A DNA stretch of 63,984 nt, counting the filler, from Octopus bimaculoides (taxonomy: Eukaryota): assembly GCF_001194135.2 (NCBI RefSeq). It is 7 parts of 5 records of this genome, joined end to end, with 100 filler letters (N's around TTAATTAATTAA, not from the genome) between each part and the next. Parts side by side here need not be neighbours in the genome. Positions count along the whole stretch, not along the records: positions 1 to 9,775 come from NC_068993.1; positions 9,876 to 19,034 come from NW_026332593.1; 5 more parts are not named here. One strand, 5' to 3'. Below, piece after piece: positions 1-12,204 of the stretch (position 1 is its first letter; every line of letters starts with the position of its first letter). The notes under the pieces are model-generated. The model was not told where the DNA came from, did no database searches, and worked only from the letters and a program-made list of their open reading frames with translations. Both the position numbers and the translations under genes were made by a program.

Positions 1-208
1 GTGCATCAAGGTCTCCCTGCTTTACTCCATTTTCCACAGCAAAAGATTCAGAAAGCCTACCACCAAAATTAACCCTAGCTCTCATATCCTGATGCAAAGC
101 CTTGACCATGTTTATAAACTTTTCTGGGCAACCAATTTTCCCCAGAATTAGCCACAGAGCACTTCGATTAACAGTATCGAATGCTTTGCTCAAATCAACA
201 AAGCAATG
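1..208 (-). mobile_element. RTE-clade LINE reverse transcriptase fragment
   Basis: Manual minus-strand translation gives HCFVDLSKAFDTVNRSALWLILGKIGCPEKFINMVKALHQDMRARVNFGGRLSESFAVENGVKQGD. This matches non-LTR RT motifs (FVDLxKAFD, GVKQG). Cut by a (TACA)n tract and the window edge. Confidence 0.9.
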
Positions 209-209
209 G

Positions 210-265
210 TACATACATACATACATACATACATACATACATACATACATACATACATACATACA
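210..265. repeat. (TACA)n microsatellite
   Basis: Direct tandem repeat. It is the source of the HTYI-repeat ORFs. Confidence 0.95.
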
Positions 266-865
266 TGCGTGCATGTCAATTTGTATGAATGTATGTTTTT
301 ATATATGTGTGTTTGTAACCCAATTTATTCTGACTCTTGGAGGTCAGTAATATGTCATCATGCTGATCAAAGTCAACAAAACTTGTCCCCCTTCAAGGCA
401 TTTTCTATGGAGCCGAAACGTGAACAATGATGAATGAGTTTCAATGTTCCCTCATGTAGGATCAAAGCATATCAAGGCCAAGAAAGAGACCTTCCGCTCG
501 TCAGTTCTGTAAATGTTCAAAGAAGGGTAGGCTTTGTTGGCTACATACTAAACATACAATACTGTTCACTATGTACCTTTATTACATATTATTCCCTAAG
601 GGTAAGTTGATAAATAAACTAACAAATAATGTTCTAAAATGTACACATATTTTAAGACACACTTTTCGTTGGTTTAAATAAAATTGAAATATGACTTGGT
701 ATTATAATGCACTATACCGTAGTAGTTAGTCCATAGACAGGTTATACTAATATAATTTACCAATAGCAGTAGGCATTTTGTAATTTTGACAGATTCATAT
801 AATATGGCAAAGGGTTACCTCCCCTTAATGGACTTAGTTTTAAGAAGAGACAAAAATAATATTGA

Positions 866-1160
866 GCCATTTAACGCTAGACTTAATATGGAAGAAATCT
901 AGAAATACGGTATGGATCTTCAAATTTTGATTTTTTGTTTGATTTATTCATTATTTGTTTTTTGTTTTTTTTTGTTCTAAAAGATTGTTCTAAAAAGTTA
1001 TTCCCCGAAGAAGTGTATGGCAACTTATATATTTGACTTAAACTTGACGGTCAAATATAGCTTTATACAGAAATGTTAACATCGGATTAAATAACATTGA
1101 TATGGGTATTGGCATCAAATCTCTTTCTTAAATGTAAAAATTTAAAAGTTTGGATATATA
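866..1160 (+). mobile_element. Penelope-like terminal-repeat fragment, homologous to about 15800-16050 (minus)
   Basis: Shares GAGYCATTTAA...AATATGGA, TTTGACTTAAA...GTCAAATATAG and TATACAGAAATGTTRACAT with the reverse complement of 15800-16050. Contains a hammerhead-like motif. Confidence 0.65.
999..1089 (+). ncRNA. Degenerate type I hammerhead ribozyme motif
   Basis: TTATTCC-CCGAAGA (core with U>C)-extended stem II-GAAA-TGTTAACA-TC-GG. Stem III is the palindrome ATGTTAACAT. Confidence 0.5.
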
Positions 1161-3059
1161 AACAAGGAGAACGATCCCTAAGGAGTCTAATTTAGATTTT
1201 TTTACTATGCAACTTATGCATAGTAAAAAGATTTCATATTCTTCTTAGATCCAACAATTCCAACACACTGCTAAATTCCAAATCTGAAACTTTTAGCAGA
1301 TGTAAACACATGGACAGGTTTCTTTTATCGAACTGGAGGACACCACCCACTCCGGATTGAGTTGCTGTCTCGCAGACTTTGACATATTTTCTGTTATTTT
1401 GTTCTATACTATCTGTATTTAATGTGGTGTCTGCAATGAGGGAGGACGAGGATCTTAGTTTCCTTGATTTTTTCTTATTGTTTCACTTTTTGCATCAACC
1501 TTCTTCACGTTTTTCACATCTTCTTCTTATATTCTCACTGTCCAGTGTCCTTGTTTTTAAAATATATATAACGCATAAGCAGAGCCTGATAGATTGCTTG
1601 GAGATACACGGCGTATTTTGTAAACATGCCTAGTTAAAGTATCATAAAAGCACGAAATTATCAGTATTTCTTTCGGTTGTGTATTAGATTGATGTGTGTG
1701 TGCGTATGTGTGTATGCATGTGTGTGTGTATGGGTGTGTGTGTGTGTGTGTGTGTGTTAGAGAAGAAAATATGAGTGAGATATGTCAAGTGTCTCAATGA
1801 AACGATTTTATATAATTTACCCCTTCAAACTATTTATATTTACAGCAATAAATGTAATAATTCGAAGACTATGCCTAAACGAACCTTAATGACTTCAAAC
1901 AACGTGTTTCACTCTCTAGAATGAAAGTAAATATATGCTTCAAATCACCTGATTACACCATGCTTCCGTTTACAAAGTTTTCTACAACCATATTTTAATC
2001 GCACACAAATTAGTGGCGTAAAAAATATGGGGAACTGGTTTCACATGACAGTTGAAACTATATTTTGATCTGTGCTTGTCAGTAACTCACCTTCCATTAC
2101 ATACCGCTTGCATCCAGGCGATCGATATTGTGTAATGCTACAAAAAACAAAAATAAAAATATAAATTAAAATAAATACCAAAACGTTAAACTTCAAGTAA
2201 ATGCAAATACTAGCAGATGTTATAGTTCCTCTGTTTCTTTGATATATATTTAATATAAATTGATTACCAACTGTAGAATTTAATCTGCTTTAAATCTTAT
2301 TTAAACCAAAATTATTATACTAATATTTTGTTCCGTTTTCATATAAAACTTCAATGACAAAAATTAACATGAGTCATTGATTTCTGTATGTATGCACGAA
2401 ACAGAAAATTTTTTAACAGCTAATCCATCACGTGCTATCCTATTTAGATTATAACTTATATATGTACACACACNNNNNNNNNNNNNNNNNNNNNNNNNNN
2501 NNNNNNNNNNNNNNNNNNNNNNNNNNNNNNNNNNNNNNNNNNNNNNNNNNNNNNNNNNNNNNNNNNNNNNNNNTATATATATATATACACATACATATGC
2601 ATATGTGTGTGTATATATTATATATATTTATACACAGATACATGCACACACACGCATGCACACACACATACACACACAAACACGCACACATGTGTTATAC
2701 GATAAGGCTGCAAGAAGTAGAATAGCATTCGATCAGCTAAGAGAATAAATATAATGTTATAATGAAGACCGCAAGTCTTGTGAAATACAGCTACCCACGA
2801 TTTTCTGGCCGAAACATTAATTTACTTCGCCTGTTTTCAAGCTGAGAACAAGACCATTTGTCAGTTGCTTTTAAAGCAGATGAGTTTAAACAAGCAACAC
2901 TCAAACGAAAGAAGGCAGAAAGAAAAACACAGAAAACCTACGTTACAATAAAGAAATGTCCAAAACACGAAAACAAGATATTAATGATTTACGACGTGTC
3001 CGGTGGCCTATTTTTAGATTCTGCCAAGATGTATTTCTTAAAATGAGTACATAAAGAAA

Positions 3060-3700
3060 AAATCTCGTTCCTGGAATTTATGTTGTCGTTGGAGGCCCTC
3101 AAGTTCTTTAGGAGATATAGTTTTTCAAGAGAACATACTGAACATCTTTTTGACCCGTTAAGATAGGGTTTGTTTTTAGAAAGGATTTCTATTTAATGTC
3201 ATCTAATGTCATAATAGGTCTCTTCATCTCTAAGTTTCTAGATTAAATCCAAAAGGGCAGTTGAATGTCTCTTCTCACAGTGGCTAAAAGTCAAAAGATA
3301 GTTGTTAAATTTGGATTTAAATTTCCCTTCCACTGCTTTGGTATAGTGGTTGATTTCTGCTCGATCGTTATCATTGATGCCTCCGCTTCATAATCAACGG
3401 AGGAGATATTGCACTTCTGCCCTACAGGACATATAGATTTGTCTCTACGTGTACATCCAAGGCAGGTTTGAGTCATCAGTTGCTTATTGATATATATCTT
3501 AACATTAGGGGTGGAGACAAGCAAAGTTAATTTTAATCGTGTATCTGTTAAAGATCTTACTGTATCTATGGGTTATAGGAAACTGTATCTACGGGTTATA
3601 GCAAGAATCTACCTATATTTGTTTTAACATTAAGGAAGAAAGTAGGGGGAAACCATAAAACTTTCCGAGACCTATTTTCCAAGAAACGAAAACTGAAAAT
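3060..3700 (-). mobile_element. Penelope-like element GIY-YIG endonuclease remnant
   Basis: Minus frames give CTRRDKSICPVGQKCNISSVDYEA...EGKFKSKFNNYLLTFSHCEKRHSTAL...KPYLNGSKRCSVCSLEKLYLL...NSRNE. This follows the PLE endonuclease pattern, with stops and frameshifts. Confidence 0.8.
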
Positions 3701-4335
3701 GAACATTCATATATAACCATATAAATATATAAGCATATAGATATTTATATGGTTACAAAACAAATTTACATGGAGTACAAAGATACAGAAAACTAAGGGG
3801 AGAGAGCATGGTATTTTAGGTCCGGCAGGTGTTTGTGAGAACTCAGATTTACGTAATAGTTGTAATGTTGGCAGATGGAGTGTGCAAAAGATCAAGAATA
3901 TGCATATAAAGGTGCAGAAATTGGCATCTAATGTTTCAGATCATAATGCATGGAATTTAAGAGTAGATTAGGTGGGAAAAAAGGTTATTAGAAGAAGGCA
4001 ATTCAAGGAAGGAGGGAAGTGTTGAAACGTAGAAAGGGTAAGAAGAGATAGTAAATGCGGAGCAGGGACAGAAAGATGATAGGTGGCTAAGGTATTGAGA
4101 GAAATAGAAGTAGTGAGTCGAGAAATGAGTGGGAAGAGGTGGGATGAGTAATATTGTGACGGGTGGCGTAGCTGTTGGGTTTGACAACAGATGTTATTAA
4201 TTAGGGATGGAAGCTGTAGGACTGAGAAAAGAAGGTAGGTGCGATGAGAGAAGGGAGGGCGGGTATTGAAATGGAGGGAAGGGATTTACTTAAATGCGTT
4301 AAAGTAGTGAATAGTGATCTGAATGCGGTTTATAT

Positions 4336-4382
4336 TTGCTACTGATGACGCGCAAAACTGTAGAAATCCGGAGATCTAGCAA
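4336..4382 (+). ncRNA. Minimal type I hammerhead-like motif
   Basis: TTGCTA-CTGATGA-CGCGCAAAACTGTA-GAAA-TCCGGAG-ATC-TAGCAA. Stem I is a perfect 6 bp, the core is intact, stem III contains the palindrome TCCGGA, and stem II is weak. Confidence 0.55.
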
Positions 4383-5478
4383 TGCCACTGCCGCTCCTGG
4401 ACGCTTTTTGTCTGCTGCTGATACTTCGATGGCTTTCAGCACTATACGTTGATATGAGATACTTTCTCAAGACGAATACTGCAGTATAGTGGCTTTCTTA
4501 AAGTATATACACGTTAAGTAAGATATATAGATCGCTATTCTGTCGCTGATAACGAAGGCAGTGATTGGCTTGTTGGAAACCTGAAAATAACGGTACTATT
4601 ATTCACTAATTGCGATATAAAAATTGATCAACAAACACAGAAACAGAAAAACCAACCAAATTCATGTATAATATATACAAAAGTTAAATACTGCAACAAC
4701 GACTATGATATATTATAACCATATAACAACTATATTAAATAAACTAAATATCTAGCATAGAAAACATCTGAGACACGTAACTTCACCATTTTACAAACAT
4801 TCACATAATATTAATACAAAAAGAATGTAACAACACAATCCTCCATTATGGGGTTACATTCCTACATAGGAAGCCATATAACTTAGAAAAAATAATGTAG
4901 CCGCTCCACCTCGTGGGACTCATTTCTCCGACGGGCCGCCGCTATCCTTATTTTGCGGAGGAAATCGGTAGTACAAGGTCTTAGAATACCTGACGTCTCG
5001 ACGGCGACCGGTACAAACTGACAAGCGGCAGGCCAGGCTCCAGTACTTGATTGATTTTTCTCTCCACGTGTTCTGAGATGTGGCCCATCGCCTCACCCCA
5101 CTCTGTCTTCCACTGCTTTTCCATCTTTTTTTCTCCCTTTTTCTTTTTTCATCTTTTCAAAGTGTGTATTAGTAAATAAAATGCTCTTTATCTCATTATT
5201 TTCATGAGCGAACATCTGCCAACAGTGCAGGAAATAAAATCATAAAACGTTATAATGCTAAACAATAACAATTACAACTGCAACAGAAAGTATAAAAACA
5301 AGCAGTACTGTTCTTATTTCCTTTGCCAACATCACGGGTTCACATAGAACGCATTTTTAAAAGTGTTTTACACACATTTCAAAAAGTCTTTTAGCTATAC
5401 CTTATATATATGGGCCCCAAATTTAGATACTGCAATACATCAATAATACTCTAAAAATATCTTTTTAATACTATTATC

Positions 5479-5584
5479 ACGCTTGATATTCACGTTGTTT
5501 CTTTATTACCCACGAAGAGCCAAAACGCTTGATATTCACGTTGTTTCTTTATTACCCACGAAGAGCCAAAACGCTTGATATTCA
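5479..5584. repeat. 46-bp tandem duplication (2.3 copies)
   Basis: ACGCTTGATATTCACGTTGTTTCTTTATTACCCACGAAGAGCCAAA at 5479-5524 and 5525-5570, plus a partial third copy. Confidence 0.95.
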
Positions 5585-5827
5585 GAAAATATTTTTATCA
5601 CTCAAAACAAAAAACGCTTTTGTACTTAAGAAACACTGCAACAGCGCTATCATCAACATAGATACAAGCAACAAAATAAACATAGGCATACCAAAACAGT
5701 ACACAACCGAAATAAAACTAAATGTCAAACAAAAGAAAATGAAGCAATGAAAAAATATAACTATAGACAATTTAAAACTGGCTAACATTTCTATCCAACT
5801 ATCATTAAAGACCTATGTAAAGTAAGT

Positions 5828-6142
5828 AGCGTGGCTTAGTGGTTAGGGCATTCGGCTAACGATCGTAAAGCTGTGATTTCAATTCCCGGCGACGCGTTGT
5901 ATCCTTGAAAAGATACTTTATTTCAAGTTGCTCCAGTCCATTCAGATGGCAAAAATGAGTAGTACCTGTATTTCTAAGGACCGGCCTTGTCACAGTTTGT
6001 GTCACGCTGAATCTCCCTGAGAACTACGTTAAGGGTACACGTGTCTGTGGAGTGCTCAGCCGCTTGCACGTAAATTTCACGAGCAAGCTGTTCCGTTGAT
6101 CGTATCAGCTAGGACTCTCGTCGTCGTAACCGACGGAGTGTT
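5828..6142 (+). mobile_element. tRNA-derived SINE with CORE-like middle and tail shared with 51320-51702
   Basis: A-box TGGCTTAGTGG and decayed B-box. The head and middle match the SINE at 45249-45584. The tail CCTTGTCAC...GAGAACTACGTTAAGGGTACACG...GACGGAGTG matches 51320-51702. Confidence 0.85.
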
Positions 6143-6299
6143 CCTGTATCATTAACATAATCATCAAGAACAAAAATAGCATTTCACTCGTATTCTAAAA
6201 TTTTTATTTGTGACTTGAACTTACAAGACCTTTTTGTTCTATTGTTCGCATCCAAATGCCTGGATGACAAACGAAATATTTTAGGAGTGGTTTAAAGGA

Positions 6300-7070
6300 G
6301 TGTTTGTACTGAGTGTAAAAGAAAAGAAAAGGGAAGAATGACCTTCCAGAAGACAGCAAGTTGTGTTAGTATTGGACGAACCCACCCATGGAGCTGAGAG
6401 CTCCATAAGCAATATTTCTTAAATTTTATTATCTCCAAATGTAACAAACTTTATCCAGCCTATGTATCAGGGCCTCATCCAAAATTTGAAAATGCATTAT
6501 CGTCGAGATTTCACGAGTGACCTGGTTACCTATGAAAAAGAATCGAAATTTTCAATATAAAGGACGGCATTTACGATACCTCTTGCATGGAATGACGTAA
6601 AATCTAAGACTTATCAATGAGAAAATCGTAGCCGATGGCCATTTTTAAGGTTGAAGAAGGTGCGGTTGATCTTGTGGGTTTTCGGATTACACAGCAACGC
6701 AAAGCAATTAGGGAGATATGCGCATTGGCAAAGACAAAGCAAGACGTGAATGAAGAAGAGATTGAACATTTGGTTAATGTTGACAGCAATGCTCCTATTG
6801 TCATATATTTGGATGATAAAGGAAGATTTTTTATGCATTGATATCCAGCATCTAGGAAAACAAAGATGAAAAGAAATCAAAGCCTAAAGTTTCGTTGAAG
6901 ACTTTGAGAGAGGCACTAGATACGTTTATTTTCTTTGTAGAACAATTAACGTAGATCAATGTACATGCTATGCAACGTCAATCATTAAGAATGAATTTCT
7001 TCGTGATAGAGCAAAGGTATCTTGGTAAAGTGATATAAAGACACGCTGAGAAAATTTTCGGGAAACAATC
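6300..7070 (+). mobile_element. pogo/Tigger DDE transposase remnant
   Basis: Translates in pieces to LSPNVTNFIQPMYQGLIQNLKMHYRRDF and AWNDVK...EEEIEHLVNVD, matching the Tigger/CENP-B motif LPPNxTxxIQPMDQGVI. Multiple disruptions. Confidence 0.8.
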
Positions 7071-7479
7071 CACACTCTATTCACCCTTATGGAGGCTGCT
7101 ACATCTTCCACAGCTAATGCCGTAGACCTCTTTATCTCACCCCACCCTTCCTCCCAGCTCTGTAAAGTGATTCTTGCCTCATCAAATCCATCGTTCCTGA
7201 ACCTCCAGCCTCACCTGTCGATGAGTCTGCCACAGTCCTTGACGAAGAACTCTCACAATAATTTTTATTTTTATATAATACAGTATAATGTTTAGTGTTT
7301 AAAAATTTAAGCCGTATAAATAGTGATATTTTCATTACATATTCAGTTTAGTACTAGTTGTATAAAAAATATACGGTAAAGCGAATTTAAGTGTTATAAA
7401 GTAAAGTTTGCAATATCACAATGCATCATCTTTTCATTTGAATCATATGGGTAGAATTATCCAGTCGCCTACTTCTTTA

Positions 7480-7690
7480 GAAGCCTCACAGGTGTCTGGC
7501 GACGGTTTTCAGAGATAGCAGCTCGCACTTTTGAAACGTGATAGGTGACCGTTGTCGCCAAACGTTGGTCACATTTGGAATCGCCGTTGGAAGATGTTTT
7601 TCCTCATTTGGAACACTGGCACAACATATGACATGCATATAGATCAAACAACCCTTTCCATAGGTCTTTGGCATGGAGTAGTAACGTTAC
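7480..7690 (-). mobile_element. mariner transposase N-terminal remnant
   Basis: One minus frame reads K*GKTSSNGDSKCDQRLATTVTYHVSKVRAAISENRRQT, resembling the mariner FKxGRxSxEDxPRSGRP...KVRxxIxENRRxT region. Confidence 0.55.
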
Positions 7691-8048
7691 TATAAAAATT
7701 TTTGTTTCCTAATTTGAAACAGGTTTTCACACAAAAGTGGTATTTTCCAAATTCTTCAGCAGCAAGTGTAGTAAACATAAACAGGTGTTCACTTGACTAC
7801 GTGACGGATTTTAATGTGTCAATTACGTTCAAGATCAACCATATACTGTACTGCAGTTGCAAGCATGATGCACTAGATTGTTATCATGCTGCTTGAAAAC
7901 ATCTGTTTTTGGACAGATTACATATACACAGACATTTACGTACACATACACGCGTGTGCGCACACACACACGAAAGCACACATACATGTATGTGTGCGCA
8001 CATGCGTGTGTGTGCATATGTATGTACTCATACATACATAAACACATA

Positions 8049-8090
<42 letters not shown>

Positions 8091-8706
8091 NNNNNNNNNN
8101 NNNNNNNNNNNNNNNNNNNNNNNNNNNNNNNNNNNNNNNNNNNNNNNNNNNNNNNNNNNNNNNNNNNNNNNNNNNNNNNNNNNNNNNNNNNNNNNNNNNN
8201 NNNNNNNNNNNNNNNNNNNNNNNNNNNNNNNNNNNNNNNNNNNNNNNNNNNNNNNNNNNNNNNNNNNNNNNNNNNNNNNNNNNNNNNNNNNNNNNNNNNN
8301 NNNNNNNNNNNNNNNNNNNNNNNNNNNNNNNNNNNNNNNNNNNNNNNNNNNNNNNNNNNNNNNNNNNNNNNNNNNNNNNNNNNNNNNNNNNNNNNNNNNN
8401 NNNNNNNNNNNNNNNNNNNNNNNNNNNNNNNNNNNNNNNNNNNNNNNNNNNNNNNNNNNNNNNNNNNNNNNNNNNNNNNNNNNNNNNNNNNNNNNNNNNN
8501 NNNNNNNNNNNNNNNNNNNNNNNNNNNNNNNNNNNNNNNNNNNNNNNNNNNNNNNNNNNNNNNNNNNNNNNNNNNNNNNNNNNNNNNNNNNNNNNNNNNN
8601 NNNNNNNNNNNNNNNNNNNNNNNNNNNNNNNNNNNNNNNNNNNNNNNNNNNNNNNNNNNNNNNNNNNNNNNNNNNNNNNNNNNNNNNNNNNNNNNNNTAC
8701 ATATGC

Positions 8707-8750
<44 letters not shown>

Positions 8751-9730
8751 TTCATGATATTTTATATCCTTGTGCTTTTCCCAGTCAACGCCAAATTTAC
8801 AAGAAGCGACTTAAGAAAACACAGCAGATTACGAAGTCATGGACGGATATATATATTGGTTATCTCTAATACTTGGTAGGTAAAAGCTTTCGTACAATTG
8901 GGAGCAAATAAGGTATTCCTTAGTTAAAACGGGTGGAAAGTAGAGACACAATGAAACACTGGCTAGCACTTCGAATTTTGCTCCTGTTATTAAGTCCCTT
9001 AATCTTTAAATAACCGATTCTGTGTAAGTGCTTTGGAAGTTGTTATGAATACTTTTAGCATCTTCTTAGATTCCAAACTTGCAAATAATTCAAAAAGTCA
9101 CTTACCAAATATTTATCCGACAATTTCCCCAAACAATTTTATTATATATGAAACATGTAAAAAAGTTGTACGGAATGTAATTAAGAAATTGAAAAGTATT
9201 TATAAAGGAACAGGCAAATCTACACGTTTCATAAACTAGTAGATACCTAACTTCCAAGAGAGAGAGAGTAGGATTGCGTCGGTGTCTAGGTCAAACGTTT
9301 TAGCAATACAATAATGAAATAAAACAGGTAAAAAGAAATAACTGTACATGTATATTCAAATGGTTATCATGATTCTGCCATTATGCATGTTGTTAACTCA
9401 GGTTCAATACACATTCTTAGATACATTTAAAACTATGATATATTCAAACATCCTTTTTGGAATTGGATCTCGAAGTACATATAAAACTATAAATAATAGC
9501 ATATAAATATTGGACTGAAAAACCCCCTGTTGGATAGAAAAAGTCGAAGACTGCCATTGGAACTCGAACTCACATTGCTTGTAGACATGTTTCGGCACAA
9601 TGGTAGAACGCCCGACATGTCTGTCAAAAGACAATGTTTACATGGTATTATTTATAGCTTTATCCAATTCCAAAACAGAATTATTCTACGTTCTCTCGAA
9701 AGTTTATAATTTTTTTTAATGTCAGCTCTG

Positions 9731-9775
<45 letters not shown>

Positions 9776-9875
9776 NNNNNNNNNNNNNNNNNNNNNNNNN
9801 NNNNNNNNNNNNNNNNNNNTTAATTAATTAANNNNNNNNNNNNNNNNNNNNNNNNNNNNNNNNNNNNNNNNNNNN
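9776..9875. other. Artificial 100-bp scaffolding spacer (44N-TTAATTAATTAA-44N)
   Basis: Identical structure at 9776-9875, 19035-19134, 31674-31773, 44539-44638, 50233-50332 and 61673-61772. The 12-mer gives stops in all six frames. Confidence 0.9.
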
Positions 9876-9876
9876 G

Positions 9877-12058
9877 CAACTCGATGAACAAATTATTGAT
9901 AAAGCTCTTCCAGTAAATCGCAATGTGCCATCGAAATATTGCACATCAACTGAACAATTTGTGCCAAGTAAAACATTTGAATTTCCCAAGGATGCAAAAA
10001 ACCGTACATGCCGCTCAGATTGGTTTAAAGAGAACCCATGGCTTCATTATGATATTCAGCATGATGCTGTTATCTGCTGGTATTGTCTTGAAGGAGTTCG
10101 GGCTAACAGGATTCCATCTCCCAAGGAAACTGCCTTTTTGACTGGTTTAAGAAACTGGGGCAAAATTACAGCAAAAATTGCTGCACATAGCCGTTCTGGT
10201 CCCCATATGAACGCTATCCGCACTTTTCGGTCGAAGCCAGACGTATCTGTGACTCTAAATAAGCAGCTGATTCAGCAACAAGAAGTAGCCTGGCAAGCTT
10301 TAAAAATTATTTTCAAAGCGGTTAGATTTTGTGGTAGGCAAGGCCTAACATTACAAGGGCATGACCACGATGTAGGAAACTTTGTAAATCTTGTAAGGGA
10401 ACTTGCTGAAGAATGCAGTGCAGAAGTAAGTCAGTGGTTTAAGCGTCGGGACAATTTCCTTTCTGATACAATTCAAAATGAAATTTTAGAGGCATATGCT
10501 CATAACATTTTACATGAGATCAAAATAAAAGTAGAAAATTCCAGATTTATTGGCATTATATGTGATGGTACCACTGATTGCTCTGGCATGGAACAAGTAT
10601 CAATCACTGTCCGGTACGTTTCTGAAGACCTGAATGTCAATGAGAATTTTCTAGGTTTTTATAATCCCCCTGACTGCTCTTCGGAGANNNNNNNNNNNNN
10701 NNNNNNNNNNNNNNNNNNNNNNNNNNNNNNNNNNNNNNNNNNNNNNNNNNNNNNNNNNNNNNNNNNNNNNNNNNNNNNNNNNNNNNNNNNNNNNNNNNNN
10801 NNNNNNNNNNNNNNNNNNNNNNNNNNNNNNNNNNNNNNNNNNNNNNNNNNNNNNNNNNNNNNNNNNNNNNNNNNNNNNNNNNNNNNNNNNNNNNNNNNNN
10901 NNNNNNNNNNNNNNNNNNNNNNNNNNNNNNNNNNNNNNNNNNNNNNNNNNNNNNNNNNNNNNNNNNNNNNNNNNNNNNNNNNNNNNNNNNNNNNNNNNNN
11001 NNNNNNNNNNNNNNNNNNNNNNNNNNNNNNNNNNNNNNNNNNNNNNNNNNNNNNNNNNNNNNNNNNNNNNNNNNNNNNNNNNNNNNNNNNNNNNNNNNNN
11101 NNNNNNNNNNNNNNNNNNNNNNNNNNNNNNNNNNNNNNNNNNNNNNNNNNNNNNNNNNNNNNNNNNNNNNNNNNNNNNNNNNNNNNNNNNNNNNNNNNNN
11201 NNNNNNNNNNNNNNNNNNNNNNNNNNNNNNNNNNNNNNNNNNNNNNNNNNNNNNNNNNNNNNNNNNNNNNNNNNNNNNNNNNNNNNNNNNNNNNNNNNNN
11301 NNNNNNNNNNNNNNNNNNNNNNNNNNNNNNNNNNNNNNNNNNNNNNNNNNNNNNNNNNNNNNNAAATTGATTGAAAAATTGAAAAACTCTCTTTCAAAAA
11401 TGAGAAGTGAGAAGGTTTTTGAAAAATATTTCGATGAAGTATCCTCTTCTGACTTGGTGAAAATGCCCAACATTTGGCGATCTAAAAACACACCACTGCG
11501 CTTTAGGCACACAATAACTACTGAAGAAGTTGCTCTTTCTGCCACCAATGACTGGCGTCGGCAATTTTTCTCTATAGTGGATGTCATCGAAAATGAATTG
11601 ACTCGCCGGTTTCAGCAAGAGGGAATACGTGTATGCTCTGAGCGAGAGGAGTTGCTGTTGTCAGCAGTCAGTTGTGGAGTATTTAACTTTGAAAATGCAC
11701 ATCTAACTTCTTGCTGGCCTATGGACGGAAAGAGAAACTTTACCTAAATCATTTAATGACATAGTTGAAAAATGAAGAGCGTCTGATGCTATTTTTCGTT
11801 CTAGTATGCCACAAGTGTTGCCGTTAATGCAGCTTGTCTTGTCTTTCACCTGTATCTGTTGCATCAAACGAAAGAACATTCAGTGCACTTCGCCGTTTGA
11901 AGACCTGGCTCCGTACCACAATGACACAGCACCGTCTTACACATTGTGCCATAATGCGTGTACATAAAAAAATATACGATGAAAACACTTTGCACATCTT
12001 CATGAAACGTTTCATTAACAAAACGAGTGAGTGTAGGAAAACTTTTGGAATATGTTGA
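9877..12058 (+). mobile_element. hAT-family transposase (ZMYM1-like: TTF Zn-finger, DUF4371, hATC dimerisation), disrupted near the C-terminus
   Basis: N-terminal WFKENPWLHYDIQHDAVICWYC; FLSDTIQNEIL...IICDGTTDCSGMEQVSITVRYV; C-terminal PVSVASNERTFSALRRLKTWLRTTMTQHRL. Frame is open from 9877 to the N-gap (10688-11363) and breaks at about 11700-11830. Confidence 0.92.
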
Positions 12059-12204
12059 TACAGCTTTTTTTATATACGTGTGAATTATGGAGTGATGCAA
12101 AAACTCGGCTTACTTCCATTTTAACACTTCTTATAGCTTCATTATTTCTTTCTTGGTAAACTGACATTTGAATGTTCAGAGAAAACTTCAAAAGTAACTA
12201 TTAG

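Noticed and set aside
5479-5584. CRISPR-like array
   Set aside because: The repeats are contiguous with no spacers, in a eukaryotic context. It is a simple tandem duplication.
7835-8755. Long ORFs spanning N-gaps (also about 19662-20742, 21073-21803, 59906-60674)
   Set aside because: They are open only because Ns and dinucleotide repeats contain no stops. No coding signal.
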